NCBI GenBank assembly: GCA_964483755.1
Contig: CAZADC010000004.1
Coordinates: forward strand, 1 to 33,619
Reading direction: 5' to 3'
Length of the DNA stretch: 33,619 nucleotides
From: an uncultured Planctomycetaceae bacterium
Lineage (GTDB): Bacteria; Planctomycetota; Phycisphaerae; SM23-33
The translations under genes and the position numbers were made by a program. Shown one piece after another: positions 16,245-24,799 of this stretch (the first letter of the stretch is position 1; every line of letters starts with the position of its first letter). The notes under the pieces were generated by a model. It did no database searches. It saw only the letters and a program-made list of their open reading frames with translations, and was not told the DNA's origin.

Positions 16245-17444
16245 TTGTCGTCAGTCTCCGGCAGCAGGACCACACTGCATCCGACGGACCGGCGAGGCGT
16301 GTCCCCCGCCACCCATTTGAGGTGGCGGCGGATCAAGGCCGCCAGTACCTCGTTGTTCAGTCGCGGCCCGGGGCGCCACGAGCGGTTCCTGCTGCTGATG
16401 GGGCTCAACCTCGGCTTCGCCCAGTCCGAAGCCATCAGCTTCAGGCACGAGGACGTCCAGCTCGACGCCGACCCGCCGCACATCGGTCGCGTTCGACGCA
16501 AGACCGGCAAGTACTTCAAGGTGGCGCTGTGGCCTGAGATGATCCAGGCCATCCAATGGAACGACGAGCAGCGGAAGGGCCGTGGGCACAACGAAGGACC
16601 GTGGGTGCTGCTGACCGAGAAGGGCAACCGCCCGACGGCTCAGCACATCGCCAATACCTGGAACCGCCTGGTCAAGCGGGTGCAGAAGGATCAGCCGGAC
16701 TTCCGCCATCTGCCCTTCAAGTTCCTCCGCAAGACGGCGTACCAGCTCGTCAAGGAAGCCAGCGGCAGCGAGGAAGTGGCCGGTGCATTTCAGGCCCGTG
16801 GGCGGCTGTCCAGCGACCAGTATGCGTCGGCGTACGGCCGTCGCCTTTTCGGCCACGTGTTCGAGGCCAACCTTCAGGTCCACGAGCAGCTGCAGCCGAT
16901 GTTCGCGGCGGCCCCCGATGCTTTTGACGGCCCTCGCAAGCGCGGCGGTGCCAACATCACGCCTGCCCGGATCGAGGGGATACAGCGGCTCTGGCGCGAG
17001 GGCGTTCGGCCGGCCGAGATCGCCCGCGTGACGGGTACGACGCGGCAGACCGTCTACCGATACCGCCCGGAAGCGACGACACGGAAGAGACCAGCGATGA
17101 CGGGACGGGAGCGGGCTGAGCTTTGCTTTCTTGCGAATTCAATCGGGCCGGCCCGGGAGAATTCTCAGGATCCCGAGTTCAGCCGGGCGGATAGGCAGGC
17201 ACCACGGCAGGATGCCCCCCGCCCTGGGACCTGCGACGCAACGAGCGTGCCCCTTATGTGTCGGGGTGCCCCTGGGGCTGGCGCCCGCCGACCGGGTCGC
17301 CGGACCCCGAGCCCCGGTTGGCCCGGATTCGCGGGCACATCTCGCGCCTCCGCGACGCTCGCAACCCCGACCCCGAAGAAGTGGACCTGCCCGCGTGGGA
17401 CGCCATCAGGCTCGACGGCGACCGATGGGAACGAGACATCATGA
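16245..17444 (+). mobile_element. Degenerate, 5'-truncated tyrosine recombinase (integrase)-like ORF with C-terminal HTH; likely island scar
   Basis: The recognisable part spans ~16380-17070. It has a box I-like segment (FLLLMGLNLGFAQSEAISFRHEDV), a box II-like segment (HLPFKFLRKTAYQLV...AFQARGRLSSDQYASAY), and then a resolvase/Hin-type HTH (ITPARIEGIQRLWREGVRPAEIARVTGTTRQTVYRY). It has only ~45 codons before box I, against ~150+ in intact integrases. The tail after ~17100 is low-complexity. Confidence 0.5.
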
Positions 17445-17596
17445 CAGGCGGGTCGGCCCAGGCGGGGCCGAAGGGGTTGCCCTGAGACGGGCCGCCCGGT
17501 AGAAGGCACCCACGCGATCGCCCCGCCTCCGGAAGGCCCGCCCACGCGGGCTGCCCCGCCGGTGGGAATGTGCCCCACACAGCCGGAGCGAAAACC

Positions 17597-18616
17597 ATGG
17601 ACAGCAAGGCGTTGGTCTACAAGGGATGCCCGCCCGATCACTGCTGCTGCGACTGCACGCTTCGCATCCTCCCGAACGGCGAGTTCGCGGTATTCTTCCT
17701 GACCGGCGGGCCGATCGAGCCGGACATCAACAACCACGTGGCGATATGCCGGTCGCGCGAACCGCACCTCGCGTGGTCCCGGCCGCCCGAGCCGGTCCTG
17801 CGTTTCGACGACCGGGCCTGCCTGCTGTCCGAGGCGTACGTGGACGGCGAGCGCCTGGTCATGCACGTGACGACCCACGACGGGGCGTTCGGGCACTGGC
17901 GGAACTTCACCATCGAGAGCCGCGACAACGCCCACACCTGGAGCGAGCCCGAGCCGTTCGCTCCCGCCCCGCGGCGGGCGTTCATCCGCAACCGCTACGT
18001 CGCCTCCTGGGGCGAGTGGTACCTGCCGCTCCAGAGCTACGACACCGTCGAGGACTGGACCGTGGCTCCGCAGGCCGACGGGTCGTTCGGGCAGCCGCTC
18101 AACGGCGTGCTGATCAGCTCCGATGACGGGCGGACGTGGGCCCTCAGCAAGACCATCCGCGGCGCGAAGTGCTGGGCGGAGAACAACCTCGTCGAGCTGT
18201 CCGACGGCTCGCTGGCGATGCTGATCCGCTCCGACGGCGACGGCTGCCTGCTGCGCAGCGACTCCCACGACCGCGGGCGGACGTGGAGCGAGCCGGTCCG
18301 CACGGCGATCCCCAACCCCGGCAGCAAAGCTCGCCTGCACCGCTTCTCGGACGGGCGGATCCTGCTGGTGCACAACCCCGACCCGCGAACCTCGCACCCC
18401 AACTCCCGCCCACAGGCCGCGTGCAATCGCAACCCGCTGTCGGTCTGGATCTCCGACGACGACCTGCGCACGTGGAACTACAAGCGGGACCTGACGGATT
18501 TTCCGGGCATGCTCGCGTACCCCGACGGGGAACTCGACGAGGCCGCGAACGTTCTGCACGTCGCATTCGACTACAACCGCCACGACGTCATCTACTGGGG
18601 AGCCGAACTGCCATGA
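17597..18616 (+). CDS. BNR/Asp-box beta-propeller protein, sialidase (GH33)-fold, no signal peptide, 339 aa
   Basis: ATG 17597 with GGAG 8 nt upstream. Four Asp-boxes: SRDNAHTW, SSDDGRTW, SHDRGRTW, SDDDLRTW. Also ..DGSLAMLIRS.. and IPNPGSK. A canonical FRIP motif is not obvious (LRILP only). Confidence 0.85.
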   Translation: MDSKALVYKGCPPDHCCCDCTLRILPNGEFAVFFLTGGPIEPDINNHVAICRSREPHLAWSRPPEPVLRFDDRACLLSEAYVDGERLVMHVTTHDGAFGHWRNFTIESRDNAHTWSEPEPFAPAPRRAFIRNRYVASWGEWYLPLQSYDTVEDWTVAPQADGSFGQPLNGVLISSDDGRTWALSKTIRGAKCWAENNLVELSDGSLAMLIRSDGDGCLLRSDSHDRGRTWSEPVRTAIPNPGSKARLHRFSDGRILLVHNPDPRTSHPNSRPQAACNRNPLSVWISDDDLRTWNYKRDLTDFPGMLAYPDGELDEAANVLHVAFDYNRHDVIYWGAELP

Positions 18617-20145
18617 GACCTCGCTACCGCGTGCTCTACAACAACGACAACACCAACGTCCGTTGCGTCAGCCCATGGCACGAGGAGGGCGAGCCGTTCC
18701 GCGAGGAGCACCTCGTGGCCTCGATCGCCGAAACCGCTCCGCACGGTGTGGAGGTGCACCTGCTGAGCCCGGGGCTTGGTTGGGTGCCCTGGTGGCAGAG
18801 CGAGGTGTACGGCGACCACTACGAGTGGTGGATGCGACGGACGGGCCTGAAGCCCGACCCGATCGGCCAGTACGTTCTCGATGGCGGCGACATGGTCCGC
18901 GTGCTGATCGACACCTGCCGCCGCTGCGGTATGGCGCCCATGGTCAGCTACCGGCTGAACGACGTGCACCACCAGGAGAACTACGACGAACGGAACGAAC
19001 GGTCGGCTTTGTGCTCGCGTTTCTACGTCGAGCACCCCGAGTACCGGATCGACCCCGACCACAAGCGCCACCGCGGCTACTACAAGCGCCGCGGTCAGAA
19101 CTGGGCGATCCCGGAGGTCCGCGAGCACAAATTCCGGCTCATCGAGGAGCTGTGCACGAAATACGAGCTCGATGGATTGGAGTTGGACTTCCTTCGCGAC
19201 GACACACTGTTTCGCATGGACGAGACCACGGAGGACCAGCGCGTCGGGATCGTGACGGAGTTTGTCGCCCGCGTGCGGGAGGCGCTGGATCGCGGGTCGA
19301 ACGGGGGGCAACGCCGCTGGCTGGGCGTGCGGATTCCGCTGGAACTCGCCGCCCATGGGCCCATCGGCCTGGACGTCGGACGCCTGTGCGACGCGGGCGT
19401 GGACATGCTGAACCTGTCGAGCTGGTATCACACCTGCCAGCGGACGGATGTGGCGGAGGTGCGCCGACTCGCCCCCGACGCGGCGATCTACCTGGAGATG
19501 ACGCATTCGACCGGGTGGTATCCGCACTTCCTTCGGTCGGCGGAATATGGGACGGTCGGGGACGTACGCACCGGCGACCACCAGTTCTACACCACCGCGC
19601 ACCTCGCCTTCCAACGCGGCGCCGACGGGGTCAGCCTGTTCAATTTCGTCTACTACCGTTCCGGATCCGGAGCGGACGTCCCCATCATGGAGCCGCCCTT
19701 CCACGTGCTGGGCAAACTCGGCGACCCGGCCTGGCTGGCTCGACAGAGGCAGCACTACATGATCACCTCCACCAGCTATCACCGGCAGTTGCCGCGGACG
19801 CTCTCGGCCGGCGGGGAACTGACGCTTCGCATGGACATGGCCCCGCCGGACGCGCGCACTTCACCGAATGCCCGCTTTCGCATCCACGCTCGTCGCCCGC
19901 TCGCCGCCGCCGACCGCCTGGTTCTGCGGGTGAACGGCGTCGCGGCGGAACCGTGCGAAAACGTCGGCCGGTTTCACGGCCACGTCTTCGACCGCATGAT
20001 CTCCCCGGTCCCGAACCGCAGCGCGTGGACCATTCCAACCGGCCAGTTGCGCAACGGGCTCAACGACCTGGCGGTCGGCCTGAAGGCCGGGGAAGACCTC
20101 GAACTGCTGTACCTGGACGCCGGGATCGGAGAGGAGACCCGGTGA
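18613..20145 (+). CDS. Putative (beta/alpha)8 glycosidase-like protein (GHL/DUF4015-type), no signal peptide, 510 aa
   Basis: ATG 18613 overlaps the upstream TGA (ATGA). Sequence is MRPRYRVLYNNDNTN..., ..ELCTKYELDGLELDFLRDD.., ..GVDMLNLSSWYH.., ..GADGVSLFNFVYY.. These alternating strand/helix-like motifs are typical of TIM-barrel hydrolase-like families. The function is tentative. The track ORFs from 18136 and 18663 are frame artefacts. Confidence 0.75.
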   Translation: MRPRYRVLYNNDNTNVRCVSPWHEEGEPFREEHLVASIAETAPHGVEVHLLSPGLGWVPWWQSEVYGDHYEWWMRRTGLKPDPIGQYVLDGGDMVRVLIDTCRRCGMAPMVSYRLNDVHHQENYDERNERSALCSRFYVEHPEYRIDPDHKRHRGYYKRRGQNWAIPEVREHKFRLIEELCTKYELDGLELDFLRDDTLFRMDETTEDQRVGIVTEFVARVREALDRGSNGGQRRWLGVRIPLELAAHGPIGLDVGRLCDAGVDMLNLSSWYHTCQRTDVAEVRRLAPDAAIYLEMTHSTGWYPHFLRSAEYGTVGDVRTGDHQFYTTAHLAFQRGADGVSLFNFVYYRSGSGADVPIMEPPFHVLGKLGDPAWLARQRQHYMITSTSYHRQLPRTLSAGGELTLRMDMAPPDARTSPNARFRIHARRPLAAADRLVLRVNGVAAEPCENVGRFHGHVFDRMISPVPNRSAWTIPTGQLRNGLNDLAVGLKAGEDLELLYLDAGIGEETR

Positions 20146-20146
20146 G

Positions 20147-20314
20147 ATGATCCGAACGCTCCGGGACCGGCTTCTCTTCGCAGCGCCTGATGGCGGGCTC
20201 CGGGGGAACCTGTGGATCGGTCTGGCGACGGCGAGGTGGATCGAGGGCCCCGGACGCGGCCGGATCGACGTGGCCGTGGTGGAGGCCGTGCAGCTTGTGG
20301 GTCTGGCGCCCTGA
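20147..20314 (+). CDS. Candidate 55-aa small ORF filling the only gap of the operon (below the track cutoff)
   Basis: ATG 20147 lies 1 nt after the upstream TGA. Translation is MIRTLRDRLLFAAPDGGLRGNLWIGLATARWIEGPGRGRIDVAVVEAVQLVGLAP. The TGA at 20312-20314 is embedded in the GAGGAGG RBS of the next gene. Third-codon positions are mostly G/C, like neighbouring genes. I recognise no homology. Confidence 0.35.
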   Translation: MIRTLRDRLLFAAPDGGLRGNLWIGLATARWIEGPGRGRIDVAVVEAVQLVGLAP

Positions 20315-20324
20315 GGAGGCATCC

Positions 20325-21305
20325 ATGGCCGCGACACGTGATGAGCGTACGGCCTGCATGCAGCCGCTTGAGATGGCGGCGCTGCGGGATGCTGTGGGGG
20401 CCGAACTGGCACGCCGCCGCTGTGACCGCCAGGCCCCGAGCTACGGCGATGTGCGTGGGGGCGATGAGACGCTGTATGGGCTGGCGGCGGCGGTGAACAT
20501 CTGCTCCTCGCTCGGTCTTCCGGTGGGGGATCGGGCCATGCGGGAGGCGTGGGCGAAGCGCATCCTGTCCCATCGCGACGCGGAAGGGCGGTTCGTCGGC
20601 AGCGGAGAGCCCGGGCACGCGCTTCACATGGCCTTGGGGGCGCTGAACCTGCTGGGCGAACCGATTCCGCCGGACGTCGCGCCGCTGGCGCCTGTCGATG
20701 CGGCAGCTCTGCCCGCCTGGTTGGACCGCCACGACTGGAGCAGCACGCATAAGGAACTGTGCGGGCAGACGATCCCGCTGCTGGCGAGCGGGCGGGTGGA
20801 CGAGGCCTGGATCAAGGCATTCATCCGCGGCGTGTCCATGCGAGTGAGCACGGACCGCCCGCTGGAAACCTGGTGCCGACCCGATGACCCGCGGTGGCGC
20901 GTCATCAGTTGCACCTACCACGTCTTGAGCGCCTTTGACGCCGGGCGCCTGTGCTACCCGCAGCCGGAACTGCTGCTGGACCGCCTGCTGGGCCTGCACT
21001 GGGACAAAGCTCCCGACGGCGAGTTCCGCACCGTCTGCACCGACGGCGACTGGGCGCACATGCTCCTGCGCCTGGCGGAGCAGATTCCCGGCGCGGCCGA
21101 ACCGGTGCTGGCCGCCATCCGTCGCGTGTCTGCGCGACGCGTGCGGGGCTGGCAAGAGCACCCGGAAAAGGTGCTCGCACTCGACACGCACCACCTCTAC
21201 TGCTACCTGTGGGTCACCGGCGTGTTCCAGTCTTGCGTGCGAGACCATTACCGCGGCGGGTACGTCCGCGACACGCTGAACGACCCGGCGTTGTTCCGGC
21301 TTTGA
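20325..21305 (+). CDS. Hypothetical helical (possibly alpha/alpha-toroid-like) protein, 326 aa
   Basis: ATG 20325 with GAGGAGG 5 nt upstream. Sequence is MAATRDERTACMQPLEMAALRD...LYGLAAAVNICSSLGL...HALHMALGALNLLGE...TYHVLSAFDAG...HHLYCYLWVTGVF. The periodic helix-like segments are Trp/Cys-rich. I can name no catalytic motif. Confidence 0.7.
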   Translation: MAATRDERTACMQPLEMAALRDAVGAELARRRCDRQAPSYGDVRGGDETLYGLAAAVNICSSLGLPVGDRAMREAWAKRILSHRDAEGRFVGSGEPGHALHMALGALNLLGEPIPPDVAPLAPVDAAALPAWLDRHDWSSTHKELCGQTIPLLASGRVDEAWIKAFIRGVSMRVSTDRPLETWCRPDDPRWRVISCTYHVLSAFDAGRLCYPQPELLLDRLLGLHWDKAPDGEFRTVCTDGDWAHMLLRLAEQIPGAAEPVLAAIRRVSARRVRGWQEHPEKVLALDTHHLYCYLWVTGVFQSCVRDHYRGGYVRDTLNDPALFRL

Positions 21306-21315
21306 AGGGCAAAGC

Positions 21316-22338
21316 ATGATGCTGCGGAAGATCGTGACGACGGCGGCCGACATCGGCGAGCGATGGGCGGGAATCCCCGGGATCGAGCGGACGTCCGGCG
21401 GACGGCTGTTCGTGGTCTGGTTCTCCGGCGGCCACAAGGAGCCGGCGCCGGAGAACCGGATTTACATGACCCACAGCGACGATGGTGGGGTAAGCTTCGC
21501 GCCGCCATGGCGGGCTGCCCTGCCGCGCGAGGGGGCCCGGGCGTACGATCCGACGCTGTGGCTGGCGCCCGACGGGGTGCTGTGGCTGATCTTCAACCGC
21601 GGCAATCCCCAGGCGAAGACCAACGGCGTCCACGCCCGCCTCTGCCAGGAGCCCGACGCGACCGACCCGCAGTGGAGCGAGGAGTTCGCCGTCGGGTACG
21701 AAGGACACCACAGCAACCGCATGAACAAACCCACGGTGCTCACCACCGCCGAGTGGATCATGCCCGTCACGCACGTGCCCAAGGCCACGCACGAGTGGGT
21801 GCCCGGCGGGATGCATTTCCAGGGCGTCGGGATCTCCACGGACCGCGGTCGCTCATGGACGCTGCACGGGGCGGTCGAGGCGCCCCCGTGGGCGCTGGAG
21901 AACATGATCGTCGAGCGCAGCGACGGGTCCCTCGTCATGTACATCCGCTGCGGCGCGGGCGTGATCTGGCAGAGCATCTCGCGCGACCGCGGCCGGTCCT
22001 GGTCGCAAGGCGGGCCGACGAGCATCCCCAACCCCGGGTCGCGCTTCCACGTCAGGCGACTGGCCGACGGCGACTGGCTGCTGCTGAACAGTCCGGACCC
22101 GACGAAGCGCACGGGGATCGTCGCCTGTCTGTCGCACGACGAGGGCCGGACCTGGGGCGACCCGCTGGTCCTCGACGAGCGGGAGAACGTCAGCTACCCC
22201 GACGCCGCGATCGCGCCGGACGGAACCATCTATGCCGTCCACGACCGCGATCGAAACGGGGCGGGGGAGATTCTCCTGTCCGCGTTCTGCAAGAGCGACA
22301 TTCCCTGCCCCGACGTGCGAGCCAGGCCCGGACGATGA
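21316..22338 (+). CDS. BNR/Asp-box beta-propeller protein, sialidase (GH33)-fold paralog, no signal peptide, 340 aa
   Basis: Asp-boxes: SDDGGVSF, STDRGRSW, SRDRGRSW, SHDEGRTW. DGSLVMYIRC and IPNPGSR are colinear with the 17597-18616 protein. It starts 10 nt after the upstream stop. Confidence 0.85.
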   Translation: MMLRKIVTTAADIGERWAGIPGIERTSGGRLFVVWFSGGHKEPAPENRIYMTHSDDGGVSFAPPWRAALPREGARAYDPTLWLAPDGVLWLIFNRGNPQAKTNGVHARLCQEPDATDPQWSEEFAVGYEGHHSNRMNKPTVLTTAEWIMPVTHVPKATHEWVPGGMHFQGVGISTDRGRSWTLHGAVEAPPWALENMIVERSDGSLVMYIRCGAGVIWQSISRDRGRSWSQGGPTSIPNPGSRFHVRRLADGDWLLLNSPDPTKRTGIVACLSHDEGRTWGDPLVLDERENVSYPDAAIAPDGTIYAVHDRDRNGAGEILLSAFCKSDIPCPDVRARPGR

Positions 22339-24710
22339 CCATGAGCGACTACCATCCCTCGTTGGCGGGCGGCAAAGCTCGAACGGACTGGTCCGGGCAG
22401 TGGATATGGCACAGCCCGGAAAGCGAGGCGAGGAACGCCTATGCGATGTTCCGCCGCACGTTCCGCACCCGCGCGGCCGGGAAGCTCCGTATCCACGTCG
22501 TCGCCGACAGCTTCTATACGCTCTACCTGGACGGCCGGCGGTGCGCGCGCGGACCGGCGCGATCGCACCTGGGATACGTGTCCTTCGATTCGCTGGACCT
22601 GCCCCTGCCGGCGGGCCGCCACTGCCTTGCGGTGCTGGTCCATCACGTGGGTGAGGTAAACGCCACAATGATGCGAGGCCGTCCCGCCCTGCTCGCGGAC
22701 GTGCACGCCGGCGGGGAGGACCTGTCCACCGGCCCGGCGTGGCGCTGCCGGGCGGGCGACGCCTGGCAGGCGGACCTGCCGGAGATGATGTCGCATTTCG
22801 GCTTCCCTGAGGTGTGCGACCTGTCGAAGGCGCCGGCGGGGTGGACGATGGCGTCGTTTGACGACGCCGACTGGAGCGGGGCGACAGTGATCGGACGTCC
22901 GGGATGCGAGCCCTGGGGCGCACTGGTCCCGCGCGATATCCCGATGCTCACGTGGGATCCGCTTCCGCGCCCCGCCGTCGTCGCGTCCGGCACGTGGACC
23001 GCCACGGGGGTGGACAGCCCCACGCCTTCACGACAGGCGGCCGCTCGGGTGCGTCACCGCGACGCGAAAACCTGCCCCCTGCCCCTGAGCGACCGGCGTG
23101 GCCGCGCCCGCTACGTCACGCTCGATTTCGGCCGCACCGTCTCTGGATACCTGACGCTGCGGTTCTCCGGAGCACAGGGGGGACAGCAGGTGGACATCAG
23201 CTACGACGAGCTTCTTACCGACGACGGGGCCGTGAACCCGGAACGAACCTACGCCCACCTGACCGACCGCTTTCTGCTGCCCGATGGCGACGGGGAGTTC
23301 ACGACGACCCACCCGCGGGGCTGGCGGTACGTGACGATCGACCTGTCCGCGGGGCCGGGACGGATCGAGGCGGTCGAGGCCCACGAGGAACTGTATCCCT
23401 TCACGGCTCGGCCGGCCTTCGCCTCCAACCGGCGAGACCTCGACGACTTCTTCGTCCGTTCGGCCCTCACCGTCCGCGTCTGCACCTCCGACGCCTTCAC
23501 CGACTGCTGCACCCGCGAGCGCGTGCAGTGGATGGAGGACATGTACATGCACGGCCTGGTGTCGGCATACGCATTCGCCGACACGGCCATGACGCGACGG
23601 GCGCTGCTGCAGGGGGCGCAGTCGGCGCTGCCGGACGGACGGATCAACGGGTTCTTCCCGTCGGAGCGCACCAACTGCGCATTCGCCGCGAGCAGCCTCA
23701 TGTGGCTGGCGATGCTGACGGATTACTGGCTGCACAGCGGGGATCGCGAGACGCTCGACGCCGTCGCTGGGACCGCGCGTCGGCTGCTGGGCCTGCTGGA
23801 ATCACTGGTCGATGAAAGCGGTCTGATCGCGTCCTGGCCGGCGGGTCAGTTCTGGGAGTGGTCGCCGATCGAGCAGTCCGGCTGCCTGCTGCTGACCAAC
23901 GCCGCCTGCGCGTGGATCCTCGGGCGTTTCGACGAGCATCCGGAGTTACAGAATGCCCTGGGGTGCGAGGAGCTGGCCGCCCGCGCGGATCGCATTCGCC
24001 ACGCCGCGCACGAGCGATTCTGGCTGCCCGACCGCGGGCTCTACGGCGACGCGGTTCTCCCGGACGGAACGCTCAGTCCCGTCGTCAGCCAGGCGGCCAA
24101 CGCCATGGCGTGCCTTGCGGGGGTCCCACCCGAACCGGTCCGCGCGGAGGTGCTGCGACGGATCATCGACCCGGCCGCGCTGGGGGCGGCGCCTGTCGGC
24201 GAAGCGTCGCTGAAGCCAACCGGCCGTGTTGCCGGCGGACCCGTCGTTCCCGTCGGCACGCTGTGGTTCGCCCACTGGCTGGTCCGGGCCCTGTTCGAGG
24301 CCGGGCTGGACGAGCAGGCCGTTTCGCAGATGCGCCTGTTCTGGGGCGCATACCCCGACCTGCCGACGTTCCCCGAGACCCGCATCCAGGGCGGGAACAC
24401 GGGCGTGTGCCACGGCTGGGCGGCCGGGCCGGCGTATCTCCTTCCCGCCTACGTATTGGGCATCTCGCCCACCGCCGGCGGATGGCGGCGGGCATCGTTT
24501 CACCCCCGAACGGCCGGCGCGTCACGGGCATCGGGCGAATTCGCCACGCCGCGCGGACCGTTCAAGGCATCGTGGCGAAAGAACGGCGGCTCGGTGGCCC
24601 TTGCCCTCACCGTCCCGCCCGGGATGGTCGTGGATGTCCGCCTGGGCGACGTGTGCGAGCAGGTCGCCGGCCCGGCCGAGTGGTCGCGTTCCATGGGAGC
24701 AACGCGATGA
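22335..24710 (+). CDS. GH78-like alpha-L-rhamnosidase-fold glycosidase (six-hairpin), no signal peptide, 791 aa
   Basis: ATG 22335 overlaps the upstream TGA (ATGA). The N-domain WSGQWIWHSPESEARNAYAMFRRTFRT..LRIHVVADSFYTLYLDGRR is Bac_rhamnosid_N-like. The six-hairpin motif is DCCTRERVQWMEDMYMHG. The C-terminal motif is GVCHGWAAGPAYLL. The 1115-aa track ORF from 21363 is an out-of-context upstream extension. Confidence 0.85.
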   Translation: MTMSDYHPSLAGGKARTDWSGQWIWHSPESEARNAYAMFRRTFRTRAAGKLRIHVVADSFYTLYLDGRRCARGPARSHLGYVSFDSLDLPLPAGRHCLAVLVHHVGEVNATMMRGRPALLADVHAGGEDLSTGPAWRCRAGDAWQADLPEMMSHFGFPEVCDLSKAPAGWTMASFDDADWSGATVIGRPGCEPWGALVPRDIPMLTWDPLPRPAVVASGTWTATGVDSPTPSRQAAARVRHRDAKTCPLPLSDRRGRARYVTLDFGRTVSGYLTLRFSGAQGGQQVDISYDELLTDDGAVNPERTYAHLTDRFLLPDGDGEFTTTHPRGWRYVTIDLSAGPGRIEAVEAHEELYPFTARPAFASNRRDLDDFFVRSALTVRVCTSDAFTDCCTRERVQWMEDMYMHGLVSAYAFADTAMTRRALLQGAQSALPDGRINGFFPSERTNCAFAASSLMWLAMLTDYWLHSGDRETLDAVAGTARRLLGLLESLVDESGLIASWPAGQFWEWSPIEQSGCLLLTNAACAWILGRFDEHPELQNALGCEELAARADRIRHAAHERFWLPDRGLYGDAVLPDGTLSPVVSQAANAMACLAGVPPEPVRAEVLRRIIDPAALGAAPVGEASLKPTGRVAGGPVVPVGTLWFAHWLVRALFEAGLDEQAVSQMRLFWGAYPDLPTFPETRIQGGNTGVCHGWAAGPAYLLPAYVLGISPTAGGWRRASFHPRTAGASRASGEFATPRGPFKASWRKNGGSVALALTVPPGMVVDVRLGDVCEQVAGPAEWSRSMGATR

Positions 24711-24799
24711 CGGCAGATGTGACTCGACGGTTCGCGGAGCGTGGTGGACAGAGCCTGGTTTCCGAGGCAGTGCCCAGGGGCAATTGAGAGGGACGTTGC

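Noticed and set aside
16150-16345. Minus-strand peptide-like stretch (..NNEVLAALIRRHLKWVAGDTPRRSVGCSVVLLPETDDKLREEIAHYEATGLVMARA..) abutting the truncated 5' end of the integrase-like ORF
   Set aside because: Its composition is protein-like and it might mark an inversion breakpoint. However, it has no start codon context and no motif I can assign, and part of it is antisense to the integrase-like frame. The evidence is too weak to call a feature.
17258-17485. 75-aa + ORF (..RLARIRGHISRLRDARNPDPEEVDLPAWDAIRLDGDRWERD..) between the integrase remnant and the operon
   Set aside because: It has a reasonable amino-acid mix but no RBS and no recognisable domain. It overlaps the low-complexity tail of the integrase-like ORF. 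It could be a fragment of a lost phage or island gene, but I cannot support this.
21363-24710. 1115-aa fused ORF and other N-terminally extended track ORFs (18136-20145, 18663-20150, 14715-16061, 11178-12731, 9786-11288, 20190-21305, 4363-8016, 31646-33034)
   Set aside because: The upstream extensions run through neighbouring genes in another frame or are Arg-rich junk. Internal ATG starts with good RBS, ATGA overlaps, signal peptides or family-typical N-termini give shorter, better-supported genes.
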